DNA of 48,945 nt from Psammoneis japonica (lineage: Eukaryota): contig QPGO01000009.1 of assembly GCA_008632985.1 (NCBI GenBank), positions 806,001-854,945 on the forward strand, read 5' to 3'. Shown one piece after another: positions 34,935-45,519 of this stretch (its first letter is position 1; each line of letters opens with the position of its first letter). The notes beneath the pieces were generated by a model. The model had not been told where the DNA came from. It saw nothing but the letters and a program-made list of their open reading frames with translations, and made no database searches. A program made the position numbers and the translations under genes.

Positions 34935-35423
34935 TTAAACGTTGAGACTCTCGCGTTCTTCCTCGGTGCCCTCGTCTCCAAGTTTCTCGTCGAGTAAAAT
35001 ACCTACAAGTGCGAGAATGATCCAAACCGGCCAAATCCACGCTGCGCCGTCCCATATCGCAGCACACGGAGGAACGTTTTCCGAAAGACCTCTCTTCCAA
35101 ATCCACATCCACACCACACAAAACGCTGCCACGATCCCAACGTTCCAAGAATGAAGTCCGCCCTTGTCCGCGTAAAAAAGAAAGCCGACGACAAAGAAAT
35201 TCACGCCACGATACAAGCACGCAATCAGGGCGACGTCCTTGCTGGACGCATTGTCAAAGAGACAGTTCATTCCCTGAGACTCTGGCACAATCACGGACCA
35301 AATCGAAGTAACGATGTTCACCCAAATGAACGTGTAGAATAGGACTAGACTGATGCGTCCCCAAACTGTTTTGGTCGACTCCCACGCGTGGCGGAGGTAG
35401 ACGGCTGGGTTGAAGCTCCACAT
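34935..35423 (-). CDS. Small 4-TM membrane protein, paralog 2 (162 aa)
   Basis: Shares MWSFNPAVYLRHAWES...EKLGD.GT.EER.SLNV with paralog 1; upstream sequence is partly shared (GTGACAC.GGGTTCGGA). Confidence 0.8.
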   Translation of the reverse strand: MWSFNPAVYLRHAWESTKTVWGRISLVLFYTFIWVNIVTSIWSVIVPESQGMNCLFDNASSKDVALIACLYRGVNFFVVGFLFYADKGGLHSWNVGIVAAFCVVWMWIWKRGLSENVPPCAAIWDGAAWIWPVWIILALVGILLDEKLGDEGTEEERESLNV

Positions 35424-35858
35424 GGTGACGAGAGAAATAAGTGCTATTTTGAAGTCGTATGATGCGAGAAGGGATTCAGCAAAGCCACAATGTTGATGTT
35501 TGACGCCTCTCGTGACACCGGGGTTCGGACGATGATGATGTCTTCGCTCTCGTTCTCTCAAAAAGTGAGCGGAGTTCAGTCGTGGTCGCGGATTGAGTCT
35601 CAAACGTGAGCGGGCGAATATTCCTTTTCAAACATCATTCGTACTGCTGCACAGTATGATAACTACAGTTTAGGTAAGCAGCAGAGGGAAGGATCAGCTC
35701 ATTACAGTCTACTAGAGTGTCCTTTTTTTTTTTTGACGAACCTGCTTTTAGGAATATCAGCGTGTCTGGTAGTAAGTTCCAGAGCTGCTTGTAGCTCAGC
35801 TGCTTTCTCGAGACAGAAGCAGTCACAGTCTCCCAAGCCCGCTGACATTACGATGATT

Positions 35859-36353
35859 TCATTGTGGCAAATCGAAGACATTACAGAAAAGAGCGACACG
35901 CCAATCACTCCCGCAGCAATTGCAAACAAAATATACGCCACCACAAAGGCGCCCTTGTCCAACACGCGTCGACCCCGACTTTGATCTGGAGCATTGTCCT
36001 TTCCAATGTAGACGGAATCCTTGCCCGTACCAAAAGGTTCACCCACGGCAATGCGATTCCAAAATTCAAACGTTGCCCATGCAAAGGGAATGATTCCGGC
36101 AATAAAGATTGCGGTGTTCGTAACGGCGTCTTGATTCATACCAGCATGCAAGGCATGCGATTGTTGCTTTGTCGTTGTGAAATTGTCGCAGTAGAATGGC
36201 CTCGTGATGAAATATCCAACAAGTAAGAGGGCTGTCTCCCTGATGCAAATGGTGTTTGGTTCAACTTTTGCCGTGTTGATGGTGTCGACGCAATGAATGA
36301 GGCTTGTGCTGCTGAAGAAAGGAGGTCGTCGCGAGAACAATCAACGCTGCCAT
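35859..36353 (-). CDS. Hypothetical 2-TM protein with probable presequence; needs about three 1-nt frame corrections
   Basis: Core [33 protein letters not shown]...SRGRRVL...AYILFAIAA; start and stop are inferred by restoring single G bases. Confidence 0.55.
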
Positions 36354-36673
36354 TATCTTTGCGTTTGGTAATAATCTCACGCTCATTTTAACACCTCTGT
36401 GCCCAATCTACTGTAGAGATGGTGACGAGTCCTCTTTACCCTTTACCGTTGTCTACTTGCCGACTTCTAGAAGTAGTTTCCAAGTAATGTGCCTGTCGAC
36501 AACGCCGTCGGTGCAAAAAAGCATAAAAAAGGTGAGACGAAAAAGAAAAGTGAGTCAGCCTTTGTCCGCCCGTCCATCATCCGTTTCTACGTAGAAAAAG
36601 TACTGCCCCCCCGCGTAAGATCTGGAAAGGATTTCAGATTTCAGATTCGCCACTTTGAACTTGCCTATTCACC

Positions 36674-37684
36674 ATGGCGTCTCCCGCTACGCAGACAGCT
36701 CTTTCGAGAACGGGCCAAGTATTTTTTGCCTCACTATGTGCCTCGACATTTGGATTGGGAGTTTGGCAAACCGTCGATATTTCGAAAAGCAACAACAAAT
36801 GCAAGAACGACAAGAACAGCTAGCCATGGAACCACGTAGTAATTATTCTACTGCTCAACAAAAACCGTGGCAACGCGTTCTAGTCACTGGTCAGTACCTA
36901 CACGACAAGGAGATTTTAGTGGGTCCACGAGGAGCACCACCGGGTGTGGATTTGGGTGGTCCAAAATTCGCCAATCGAGGAGGTTCCGGTGGAATGAGCA
37001 GCAGTCCGCAGGTGCGCGCATGTCTTGCTCTTTGTGATATACCTGTTGTGTTTTTCATGAGCTTTACGTTTGTCAAAAAGCGCTTTTCGTCATGGTATTA
37101 CGAACGTTTTCTCTAATGACTTTTTAACTTCTTTGATAGGGCTATTATATAATTACACCACTCAAAATTGATGGAACCGACACGACCGTGTTGCTCAATC
37201 GGGGTTGGGTACCCAAGCGGCTGATAAGTCAACCAAACTCGTGGGATAGACCGACAGGTCAAGTCAGTGCGGTAGGAGTACCGTCACCCATGGAACGTGA
37301 GTTTTTGTTGTTGTCGTGTTTACCGTACACGTTTAGTTAAAGAGTTTCCTTCTCACATATTTTCCAGAACCCCGCTTTTTGACACCCCAACACGACTTGT
37401 CCAAGACGCATCCCTTGGAACTCTTTTGGATGGATCTCGATACTATGCAAAAGCATATTGGTGCTGACAAGAATAACCCGGTAGGCATGCTGACGCTCGT
37501 CACGACAAGCAACAATTCTACTAGCGAAAATGAAAAGAAACTGCCACTGCAACCACCCTTGACAAGCATTGGAGAATTCAAAGTGACACCCATGATTCAT
37601 GCCGGATACGCCGTGACATGGTACGGTTTGGCTGGTGCGGGAGTGTACATGACTCGAAAGTTAATGACAAGAGGAAGAGGATAA
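36674..37684 (+). CDS. SURF1: SURF1/Shy1 cytochrome c oxidase assembly factor, 3 exons, one apparent frameshift
   Basis: TFGLGVWQT|RRYFEK (frameshift near 36771), GYYIITPL, VLLNRGWVP, HAGYAVTWYGL; introns 37012-37139 and 37297-37367. Confidence 0.9.
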
Positions 37685-37744
37685 AACAGAATGAAAAGAA
37701 AAAGACGATATTGCAAATAGTACTCATTTTCGTTCGTCTTGTTG

Positions 37745-38571
37745 TTATTGCGCCGGTGTTTTTGCCAATTGGAGTGGTCGCAAGGTTGCCGTTCCAAGTT
37801 TGTAGTGTACGATGTTGAGTGCCATGCAATTTGGAAAAGGCCGTTTGTAATATTTGCAACACATCTCCATGGAGCAACACTTATTATCAAAAATTCTCGA
37901 GTGCTCATCGTACTCCAAAATGCATTCCGTAGTTCGTTGCATGACGGAATGGACCGATTCGACATTTTCTACAGTGTGATCTGCATTTACAGCATCGTCT
38001 TTCCAAACCTTGTGGTAATTGTCATCCGATCCGCCATCCCACGAACCAAAATATCGTTCTCGCAAACGGGGTTCCAACACGACCTTGTTTTTGTACAATA
38101 CATCCATTGTTTCGGACATTTCAACACGCATCCACGACGCATTGTGCCGTTTCCTTGGCTCGCAAAAAATCCGATGAAATCACAGGCAATTCCCTTGTAT
38201 TGCTTTTGTCTTGTTGAGAAAAGTGATAAATCACATCTTGACCCGCCTTGTTGGCTTGTTCTTGGCCCATGTCTGACAAGCCGTGTTGGACCGTGGCAAC
38301 TTGGGGAGATGAGGATATAATTTGTTGTACATTGGCCATGGACTGTCCATGACGTAATGCGCAATACTCATTTCGTAATGTAATCTTGTCCAAAAGGGCA
38401 TTATTAGGAACGGAGGAGGTTGTCGACATTTGTACAATGTGTTGATGTCGTCGTCGTGGAGTCGTCTGTGCACGAGAAACAAACGCCAAGGTGACGATCT
38501 AGAGTAGCTGATGAAGATACTCTTGAAATAGCAATCATGAGTAGAGTCAATAGAACAAGTGGATGATGCAT
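37745..38571 (-). CDS. Histidine phosphatase / phosphoglycerate mutase family protein with several apparent frameshifts
   Basis: LRHGQS, SSDFLRAKETA, LRERYFG, ES...V..R and HGDVLQILQT are spread across different frames. Confidence 0.8.
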
Positions 38572-38935
38572 GAGATCCAAGCTTCGTCTTGAATAGTACA
38601 GTAAGAAGTGTTGTGTCTGAGCCTCGCGGTGCCCATTTTTTCCCCGTGCTTTCGCGTCGTCGGAGGGGTTTTTTGTTTTTGCGTTTCGAAATTTTGCCAT
38701 CCAATGACGTACCCACACTTTGCCGTATGTTTTCTACGTGATGACGTATAGCAACAAAAAGCCAGCCAATCAAAATGCTGCATTTGAATTTAGGCTTCCG
38801 ACAAAATCATCAGCACAAGAAACCACGCACGAACGAAAAATTCCGCCACATCGATGACATTGGTGTGTGTGTTGACACTCTCATTGTTCTTTCTCACGCC
38901 AACAAGCATTGTTGTGCGTTTTGTGTATAATAACC

Positions 38936-39769
38936 ATGTCAAAGGACAATGACACTCCAGGTCTCACATCGCAATGTCAACAATGTGTAAAAATGCTCAC
39001 AAAAGTGTTGCTATCCGACAAGTCCTCATCTCGAGCGTTGGAGTTGTTGCGTGCTCTTGGCAATAACAATTCATCTCATGACACGCAAATGATTCGAGAA
39101 ACGACACAAGTACATGACAATGGTGTAACTGTTCAACTATCCGACAATACCAAGACTGCTCCACCAAAACGGCTACGTCGCTACACGACTACTTTCTTGA
39201 ATTCGGCTCAGACAAGCGTGGAAAACAACTTGGCAGCAAGGATGTCTGGCATGGACGAGGCGCTCGCCACTTCACCTGCAAACAGCAATTCTATTCAACA
39301 ACAACAAGAACACGACGACGATTCAATGAAATTAAAAATTGAATGCCGCGTTTGTGGCAATGCCGGTCCCGAAGGCAGCGCTCGAGCCTTTGTCATGGGC
39401 CCGAATCCATTGTCGGTTGTGCTTTGCAGCAATCGATTAAGCACAACGGACGAAATGGATCAAGTCTTGATACACGAGCTCACTCATATATACGATGTGA
39501 TGCGATTAAAGTTGGATTTACGAAATTGTCAAGAATTGGCCTACTCGGAAGTACGAGCCGCACGTCAAGCGGAATGTTATGGGTTTAAAACGTCCTTTAT
39601 GAAGCTACCGCAAAACTTGTGCATTCAACAAAAAGCCACCATTGCGACACAAAACTTGTTCCCCACCAAGGGACGCAAATGTGTGTCGGATGTCTTTCAA
39701 AAGGCAATGGCAGATGAAAGGCCGTTTCTTTCGCAACAACAACAAGAAGAAGAAGCGTCTCGGCGATAG
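38936..39769 (+). CDS. ATP23: Mitochondrial inner-membrane metalloprotease ATP23 (peptidase M76)
   Basis: VVLCSN, HELTHIYD (HExxH), C.ELAYSEVRAA, C...V..VF..AMAD.RPF. Confidence 0.88.
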   Translation: MSKDNDTPGLTSQCQQCVKMLTKVLLSDKSSSRALELLRALGNNNSSHDTQMIRETTQVHDNGVTVQLSDNTKTAPPKRLRRYTTTFLNSAQTSVENNLAARMSGMDEALATSPANSNSIQQQQEHDDDSMKLKIECRVCGNAGPEGSARAFVMGPNPLSVVLCSNRLSTTDEMDQVLIHELTHIYDVMRLKLDLRNCQELAYSEVRAARQAECYGFKTSFMKLPQNLCIQQKATIATQNLFPTKGRKCVSDVFQKAMADERPFLSQQQQEEEASRR

Positions 39770-40014
39770 AGATTTGTATTATAGAATTACATGAATGCTA
39801 CAGTACGCAAGTTTCTAGTGATAGACTACCGTTATATTCGTTTTCCTCTAATACTAGTCAAGGGATCAGTCGTGTCCTTTTTGTATGGTGGGTAAATACG
39901 ATTGCATAGAAACTAGACTACTCGGCATCACTGTACTTTGAGACTACGAGAGAACGAAAGCCTCTCCATGTCTCTCCCTAGCTCTAGTCCGTCGTGTAGT
40001 ACACTTTAAACTTC

Positions 40015-40347
40015 AAGCCTTATGGTATCTTTTGTTTAGGTGGTCTTTACATTACGATATTTTGTCTTTGATCCTATCCAAGGATGCACAAAAAGCCGCG
40101 ACTCCTCGGCATTGCCGGACTTAAGCCGACAAGTGGGAAGCTTCGCCTTGACGCTCACTATTTCTAGCTAGAGCTAGACTAACTTCACGCCTTATTGTAT
40201 CTGTCATTTGCAAGGGCTTTATATTATGGTGTTATACCTTTGGTCCTATCCAAGGATGCACATGAGTGCAACTCCCGGCATTACCGGACTCACGCCGACA
40301 AGTCGGAAGCTTCGCGTTGGCGCTCCCGATCTCTAGTAGAGGCTAGT
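40015..40347. repeat. Two diverged tandem copies of a ~170-bp non-coding unit
   Basis: TCCTATCCAAGGATGCACA...CGGCATT(G/A)CCGGACT...GCCGACAAGT(G/C)GGAAGCTTCGC.TTG.CGCTC occurs at about 40072 and about 40244. Confidence 0.8.
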
Positions 40348-41466
40348 CTAACCTAGAGAAATAAAACTGTAAGTAAAAAGTCTCTATTATGTACACGATT
40401 TATATGTTAAAACATGTCTATGTGGTCAAGAAAAGAACATCCAAGAACACCAATCCATAGCGATGCGCCCCATATCACGGAGTTATTCTTGCGCCATGTT
40501 CTTTCTTGTCTAAAAAAGGAATGTACAAACACAAACCTCCAAAAAACGGCATCCAAAAGAAATACTACTGGTCATAGCATAAGGAACATTCGGCATGTTG
40601 TGATGCGTTTTCGGGCACCACGTACTTGCTCAACTTGTCCACATTGGCACCACAATGATCGCAGATCCAAACGCCCTTTTTCTCTTGGTTCTTCTTTCTG
40701 CAAAGGTCGTCTTGGGATGGAGTGGTGGAGAACGTCCGAACAAGTGATGATTCTTGGGGCTATCAGTAGTAGTGTCGGCAGTGGAAACTTTCATGGTGAT
40801 GTCGTTGTTGTCGGATCAATCGTGATGTTTTTTTATGAGCGGAATAACGACGATACACTAGGCGTCATGATTTGGATTGACACTTTTGTGTCAGGTGGTC
40901 CCAGTACCGAAAAATGTGAGCAGTAGCAAGCACGTAGAAATCCACTACCAATCCGCGAGTTCGAGCTTCGCATTTGGATTGACACGCATTGGCGGAAGAG
41001 CTCGTACTTGATAGGAACCAAGACTGACATGAAGTTGCAATCACAGGCTCATTGCAATTGAGCAGTGATATCTTTCTTTGCAGAATCATTCCATACAAAA
41101 GAACGCGTCTTCCTAGCTACTCTCTAGAATTTGAATGACTTGCTAGAAATTAGACTAGATTGACGGAGTTCATCTGGTCGGACTCAATGCCTTGTAGCAT
41201 ATTGCTTAGAACGTACTTCTAAGAACAAGTCACAAAGTCATCACTAGCTAGTGTAATTACTACCCTGTGCTCATAATAAGTCCTGTAGACAACTCTAGTT
41301 CTAACGTGAAAGCATAAGAAAAAGATGAATACTATATTTTTAGATACTTTTTCTGGAGGTGGTTCTGGTTGTTCAAATAATGTACAATTTTTGTGGTGTT
41401 TTTCTTGTTGTAAAATGGAGGAGACTTGGAAACGTCTCCACTACTCGGTCTTCCCTATGAAATGGT

Positions 41467-42032
41467 CTACCTACCCTTGCAAGGCTGCTGAATCGGATGA
41501 ATACCGCGCTGGCCCATGAGATGCTTGTTCTTACCATGGTTTCGGCGCTTGGCCTCCTCCTTGGAACGGAGACGACTCTCTAGAGTGGCAACCGCCATGG
41601 CACTACGGTGCATATCGTACGGAACAATCTCGGTCTCCTCCGCTTCCTTGACGTGCGCCTTCTTGTTGGCTGGCAGCGTATGCCTGGCAGGATGAGGTTT
41701 GCCAACAAGACCGTCTTCACGACGAGCCTCCCAACGCCGGCGGATATGCACAAAGGACCGAGCTTCCTCTTCACGCTGTTCCATGATATCAAACTCCACC
41801 ATGGACTCGACAAACTCTTCCGCCGCCTCCATTTCGGCCACTTCTTCGGCCGTCGGAGGGAATGCCTCGTCGAGTGCCTCATCGGGAATGTTGTGAAGAA
41901 TCATGTGTTCCCAATGTTCACCATGACCAACGAGCGACGGAACGCCGTCGTTGAAAATGGCAAACTCGGGAGCTTGGGATGAAAGGTCGGCTCAAAAGCC
42001 TTTGCCAAGGGAGATAAGACAGTGGCACTCAT
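41467..42032 (-). CDS. Hypothetical protein with an N-terminal PAM2-like motif; one apparent frameshift near 41977
   Basis: MSATVLSPLAKAFEP (PAM2-like) joins PEFAIFNDGVPSL...ILHNIPDEALDEAFPP if one C is restored. Confidence 0.65.
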
Positions 42033-42292
42033 GCTTTAGTATTGTGATGATAATAGGATAATGACTGAGAATTGAGAATCCGTGAAAGAAAAAGATACGC
42101 GAAGTTGTTTCGCGGAAGTTTGGTGAAGGGGTGTCACGAATTCGCAAATCAGAACAACGCACACGTCATTCGCTGTCGCCCAAAAACATCGCACAAAGAA
42201 AATCCGTGTCAAACCACAGACACCCATGGATCAGACTGACTGACACTGTAACATGATAATATCCCTCAGAGCTGCATACATTTCAATCCAAA

Positions 42293-42305
42293 TTTTGGCG
42301 CGAAA
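42293..42305. promoter_or_regulatory. Overlapping double E2F-type site TTTTGGCGCGAAA
   Basis: Matches TTTSSCGC on both strands; lies in the divergent promoter upstream of the CRC gene. Confidence 0.4.
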
Positions 42306-42811
42306 CTTTATACTAGCCTGTGCGTTTAGGAATTCGAATGATATACAGATGTTAAAATTTGACGATTAATTATTTTAGTAATGTATTCAATCATAAATAT
42401 ATTTCAATGATCAACCAAATTTTTGGACAGGTGCATTTAAATAGTGATAGTAGAATTTTGAAATATTTGCAGTATCACAGATTTAGTACATGGAGTCTGT
42501 TAGACAAAATTACGCAAATCTTGTATGGAAACGTTTAGTAGAAGAAACTGAGTTGGCGCCTAAATAAATGGCGAAACATACCGATACTGTTAAAAGAAAA
42601 ATCCTATGTATCAGATAATGATTTCCGTTGAACTGATCAAAATGGTTTTCGAAGCTTCATAGACCAAGATAATCATTACTCTTTTCTAAAATCAAACGAC
42701 CACAAAAAATGATGGGGCAAGTCACGCAAACAGCAAACAGGCAACGCCACCACACTGTTTTGCTTTCTCCTTTCAACAAGAAGAAAGAGTCTCATTTATC
42801 GTTTCCATACC

Positions 42812-44546
42812 ATGACTTGGCATCCACCACCAAAGCAACCCTTTCATTCTCCGCCTCACACCATGGGCAAAAGACCAGATATTGGCGGTGCTAGTCCGGA
42901 CGAAAGACGAGGTCCCAATCCGCCGTTGGAAACGATGAGACGTAGTCCTTCATCTTTTCATATGCCTCCTCCTCCTCCCCATCAGAATATGTGCGGGGTC
43001 CTCCACCGCCACCTCATGGTCCTCCTCCACCTCGAGGCTATGTCGAGTCTCCTCCACATTATTACCACCACCCTCCTCCATCACCCTATCATCAAGGCCC
43101 ACCGCCGCCACCACCTCCTCCTCCGTCCTACTCTCACTATTACGGAGAACAACCACCCGCTCCTTCGCCTCCATCATCATCGTTTGAGTTGGACTTTGCA
43201 AACGCGGCTGGCTGTACTTGCAAAAAGAGCAAGTGTCTTAAGCTGTACTGTCAATGCTTTGCATCGTCCGTCACATGTGGTCCCCGTTGCCGCTGTCAAG
43301 CCTGTCACAATACGACTCTGCAAGGTCCCGCCATTGAAGACGCACGGCGCATCATTTTGGAACGCAACCCCTGTGCCTTTCAAGACAAGTTTGTCAAACA
43401 AGACCAAGAGCATGTTGTGTACAAACCAAAGGAAATGTTGTGGCACCCCTCGTCTTTTACCCCGACGCGCAAGCACAAGTCGGGATGCAAGTGTCGGCGA
43501 AGCAATTGTCTCAAAAAGTATTGTGAGTGCTTTCATTTTGGTGCTCGATGTGGAGACATGTGTCGGTGCATTAATTGCAAAAACAAGCCGAGCGACGAGG
43601 AACATGCAGCAGCAGAGCCTGCTCCTCGAGCCACAATGAGAGCGTCACCTCCTCCTCAAGTCTACCCACCACCACCATATGAGCCGCGGTATGCAGCAGA
43701 GCCACACCGACAACAAGTCCGACCGAGTAGTTTTGCAAGTCCCCGCGTCTCGCCGCCCTTGCATCACTCTCCACCACGTCACAGCACACCGGCAACAAAG
43801 ATTCAAGACGAGGACAAGGAGAACAACAAGACTACGAAGGAGGATGATTCCATGGCCATTATGGCAGCCGTGGCCATGACGGAGCTCTTTGGCAACAAGA
43901 AAACTGGTGCTCCCGATACCGTGGTTCGCAAAGTGTCTACGGAAGAGTCGGAAGAAGAACCACCGAGCAGCAAGCGCAAGCTGGATGACTCACCCCATCA
44001 TGACACACCGAGAAAGCGCCACGCTCTCTCTCCGACAGTCGAGCAACAAGAACATCATGTCCTACCCAGTCGTCTCGTCCGAGCCTTCTCCGACACCGTC
44101 GGTTGTAAGTCACGACCAAATCACACCACCACCCTGTTATCCTCCACCTCCCCCACCACCACCCTATGGATATCATCACCATGCTCATGTTCCTCCACCT
44201 CCACCGCCGCCACCACTTTGCGATTTACCCAAATCCCTTTCCTTTCGCAAAATTTGCTCCACATGTGGCAAGACGCGTGGCGAACACGGCGAGCTGGGTT
44301 TTGGCAACAAGTGCGTCTTTCAAGATTGTGGCAAGTGTGGTGCGGGCGTTCAAACACACGCGAGAAACAAAGTGCCCATGGGATTCTTTTGTACTTTGAC
44401 CGTGGAACAGGGACGACCCCGGAGCGGCCCAAGCCTATCAGCGCAAGATTCAAAATTTGGCTGTTCGAGCTCAAGTGCAACAACGATTGAATCATAATAC
44501 GAATGCTTCTTCTTCCATTCCACCGTCGCGCCGTGTCAAGGCGTGA
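42812..44546 (+). CDS. CRC/tesmin (CPP, LIN54/TSO1-like) DNA-binding protein with a C-terminal Cys/His finger; apparent frameshifts near 42985, 44055 and 44410-44420
   Basis: CTCKKSKCLKLYCQCFA...C.C..CHN, ILERNP.AF, GCKCRRSNCLKKYCECF; C-terminal RKICSTCGKTRGEHG...C....CGKCG....H. Confidence 0.9.
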
Positions 44547-44678
44547 CGTTGTATATATACTACACAAATTGCATCAAGGATGCTGTTTTTGCATAGTTAC
44601 ATCTTACAATTACATAAATTGGAGTTGCATCCTGTAAACGAATAACCTGTACAATAATAACTTGTGCTCACTCTAAAA

Positions 44679-45080
44679 CTACAATTTTTCAAAATGCACC
44701 GCCACTTGCTTGTACACGTCTTCGACGCTCTTGTCGGCAACAATTTTCCGCACCTTATCTTGCTTTTCGTAATATTCCACAATGGGCAACGACTCTTGTT
44801 GAAAGGTATGGAATCGTTTGCGAATCACTTCGATATTATCATCGACCCGTCCCGAGCTCTTGCCCCGTTCCAAGAGCCGTCCCACGAGGAGCTCTTCGGG
44901 ACAATCCATGTAGAGTACAAATTCCATTTTTTGGTCTCCACACAAATCCTTCCAGGCATCGAGATTGCCCTGCGAACGGGGAAAGCCGTCAATTAAAAAC
45001 TTTGTAGTTCCAGTTTCAGCATAGGCCTCATTCATGGCATTGACGAGCAATTGAACGGTAATGTGGGAGGGAACAATCTG
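44679..45080 (-). CDS. UMP-CMP kinase (adenylate kinase family), 3' part; the 5' part lies in the gap
   Basis: IVPSHITVQLL, FLIDGFPRS, RLLERGKSSGRVDDNIEVIRKRF. Confidence 0.9.
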   Translation of the reverse strand, partial: QIVPSHITVQLLVNAMNEAYAETGTTKFLIDGFPRSQGNLDAWKDLCGDQKMEFVLYMDCPEELLVGRLLERGKSSGRVDDNIEVIRKRFHTFQQESLPIVEYYEKQDKVRKIVADKSVEDVYKQVAVHFEKL

Positions 45081-45519
45081 NNNNNNNNNNNNNNNNNNNN
45101 NNNNNNNNNNNNNNNNNNNNNNNNNNNNNNNNNNNNNNNNNNNNNNNNNNNNNNNNNNNNNNNNNNNNNNNNNNNNNNNNNNNNNNNNNNNNNNNNNNNN
45201 NNNNNNNNNNNNNNNNNNNNNNNNNNNNNNNNNNNNNNNNNNNNNNNNNNNNNNNNNNNNNNNNNNNNNNNNNNNNNNNNNNNNNNNNNNNNNNNNNNNN
45301 NNNNNNNNNNNNNNNNNNNNNNNNNNNNNNNNNNNNNNNNNNNNNNNNNNNNNNNNNNNNNNNNNNNNNNNNNNNNNNNNNNNNNNNNNNNNNNNNNNNN
45401 NNNNNNNNNNNNNNNNNNNNNNNNNNNNNNNNNNNNNNNNNNNNNNNNNNNNNNNNNNNNNNNNNNNNNNNNNNNNNNNNNNNNNNNNNNNNNNNNNNNN
45501 NNNNNNNNNNNNNNNNNNN

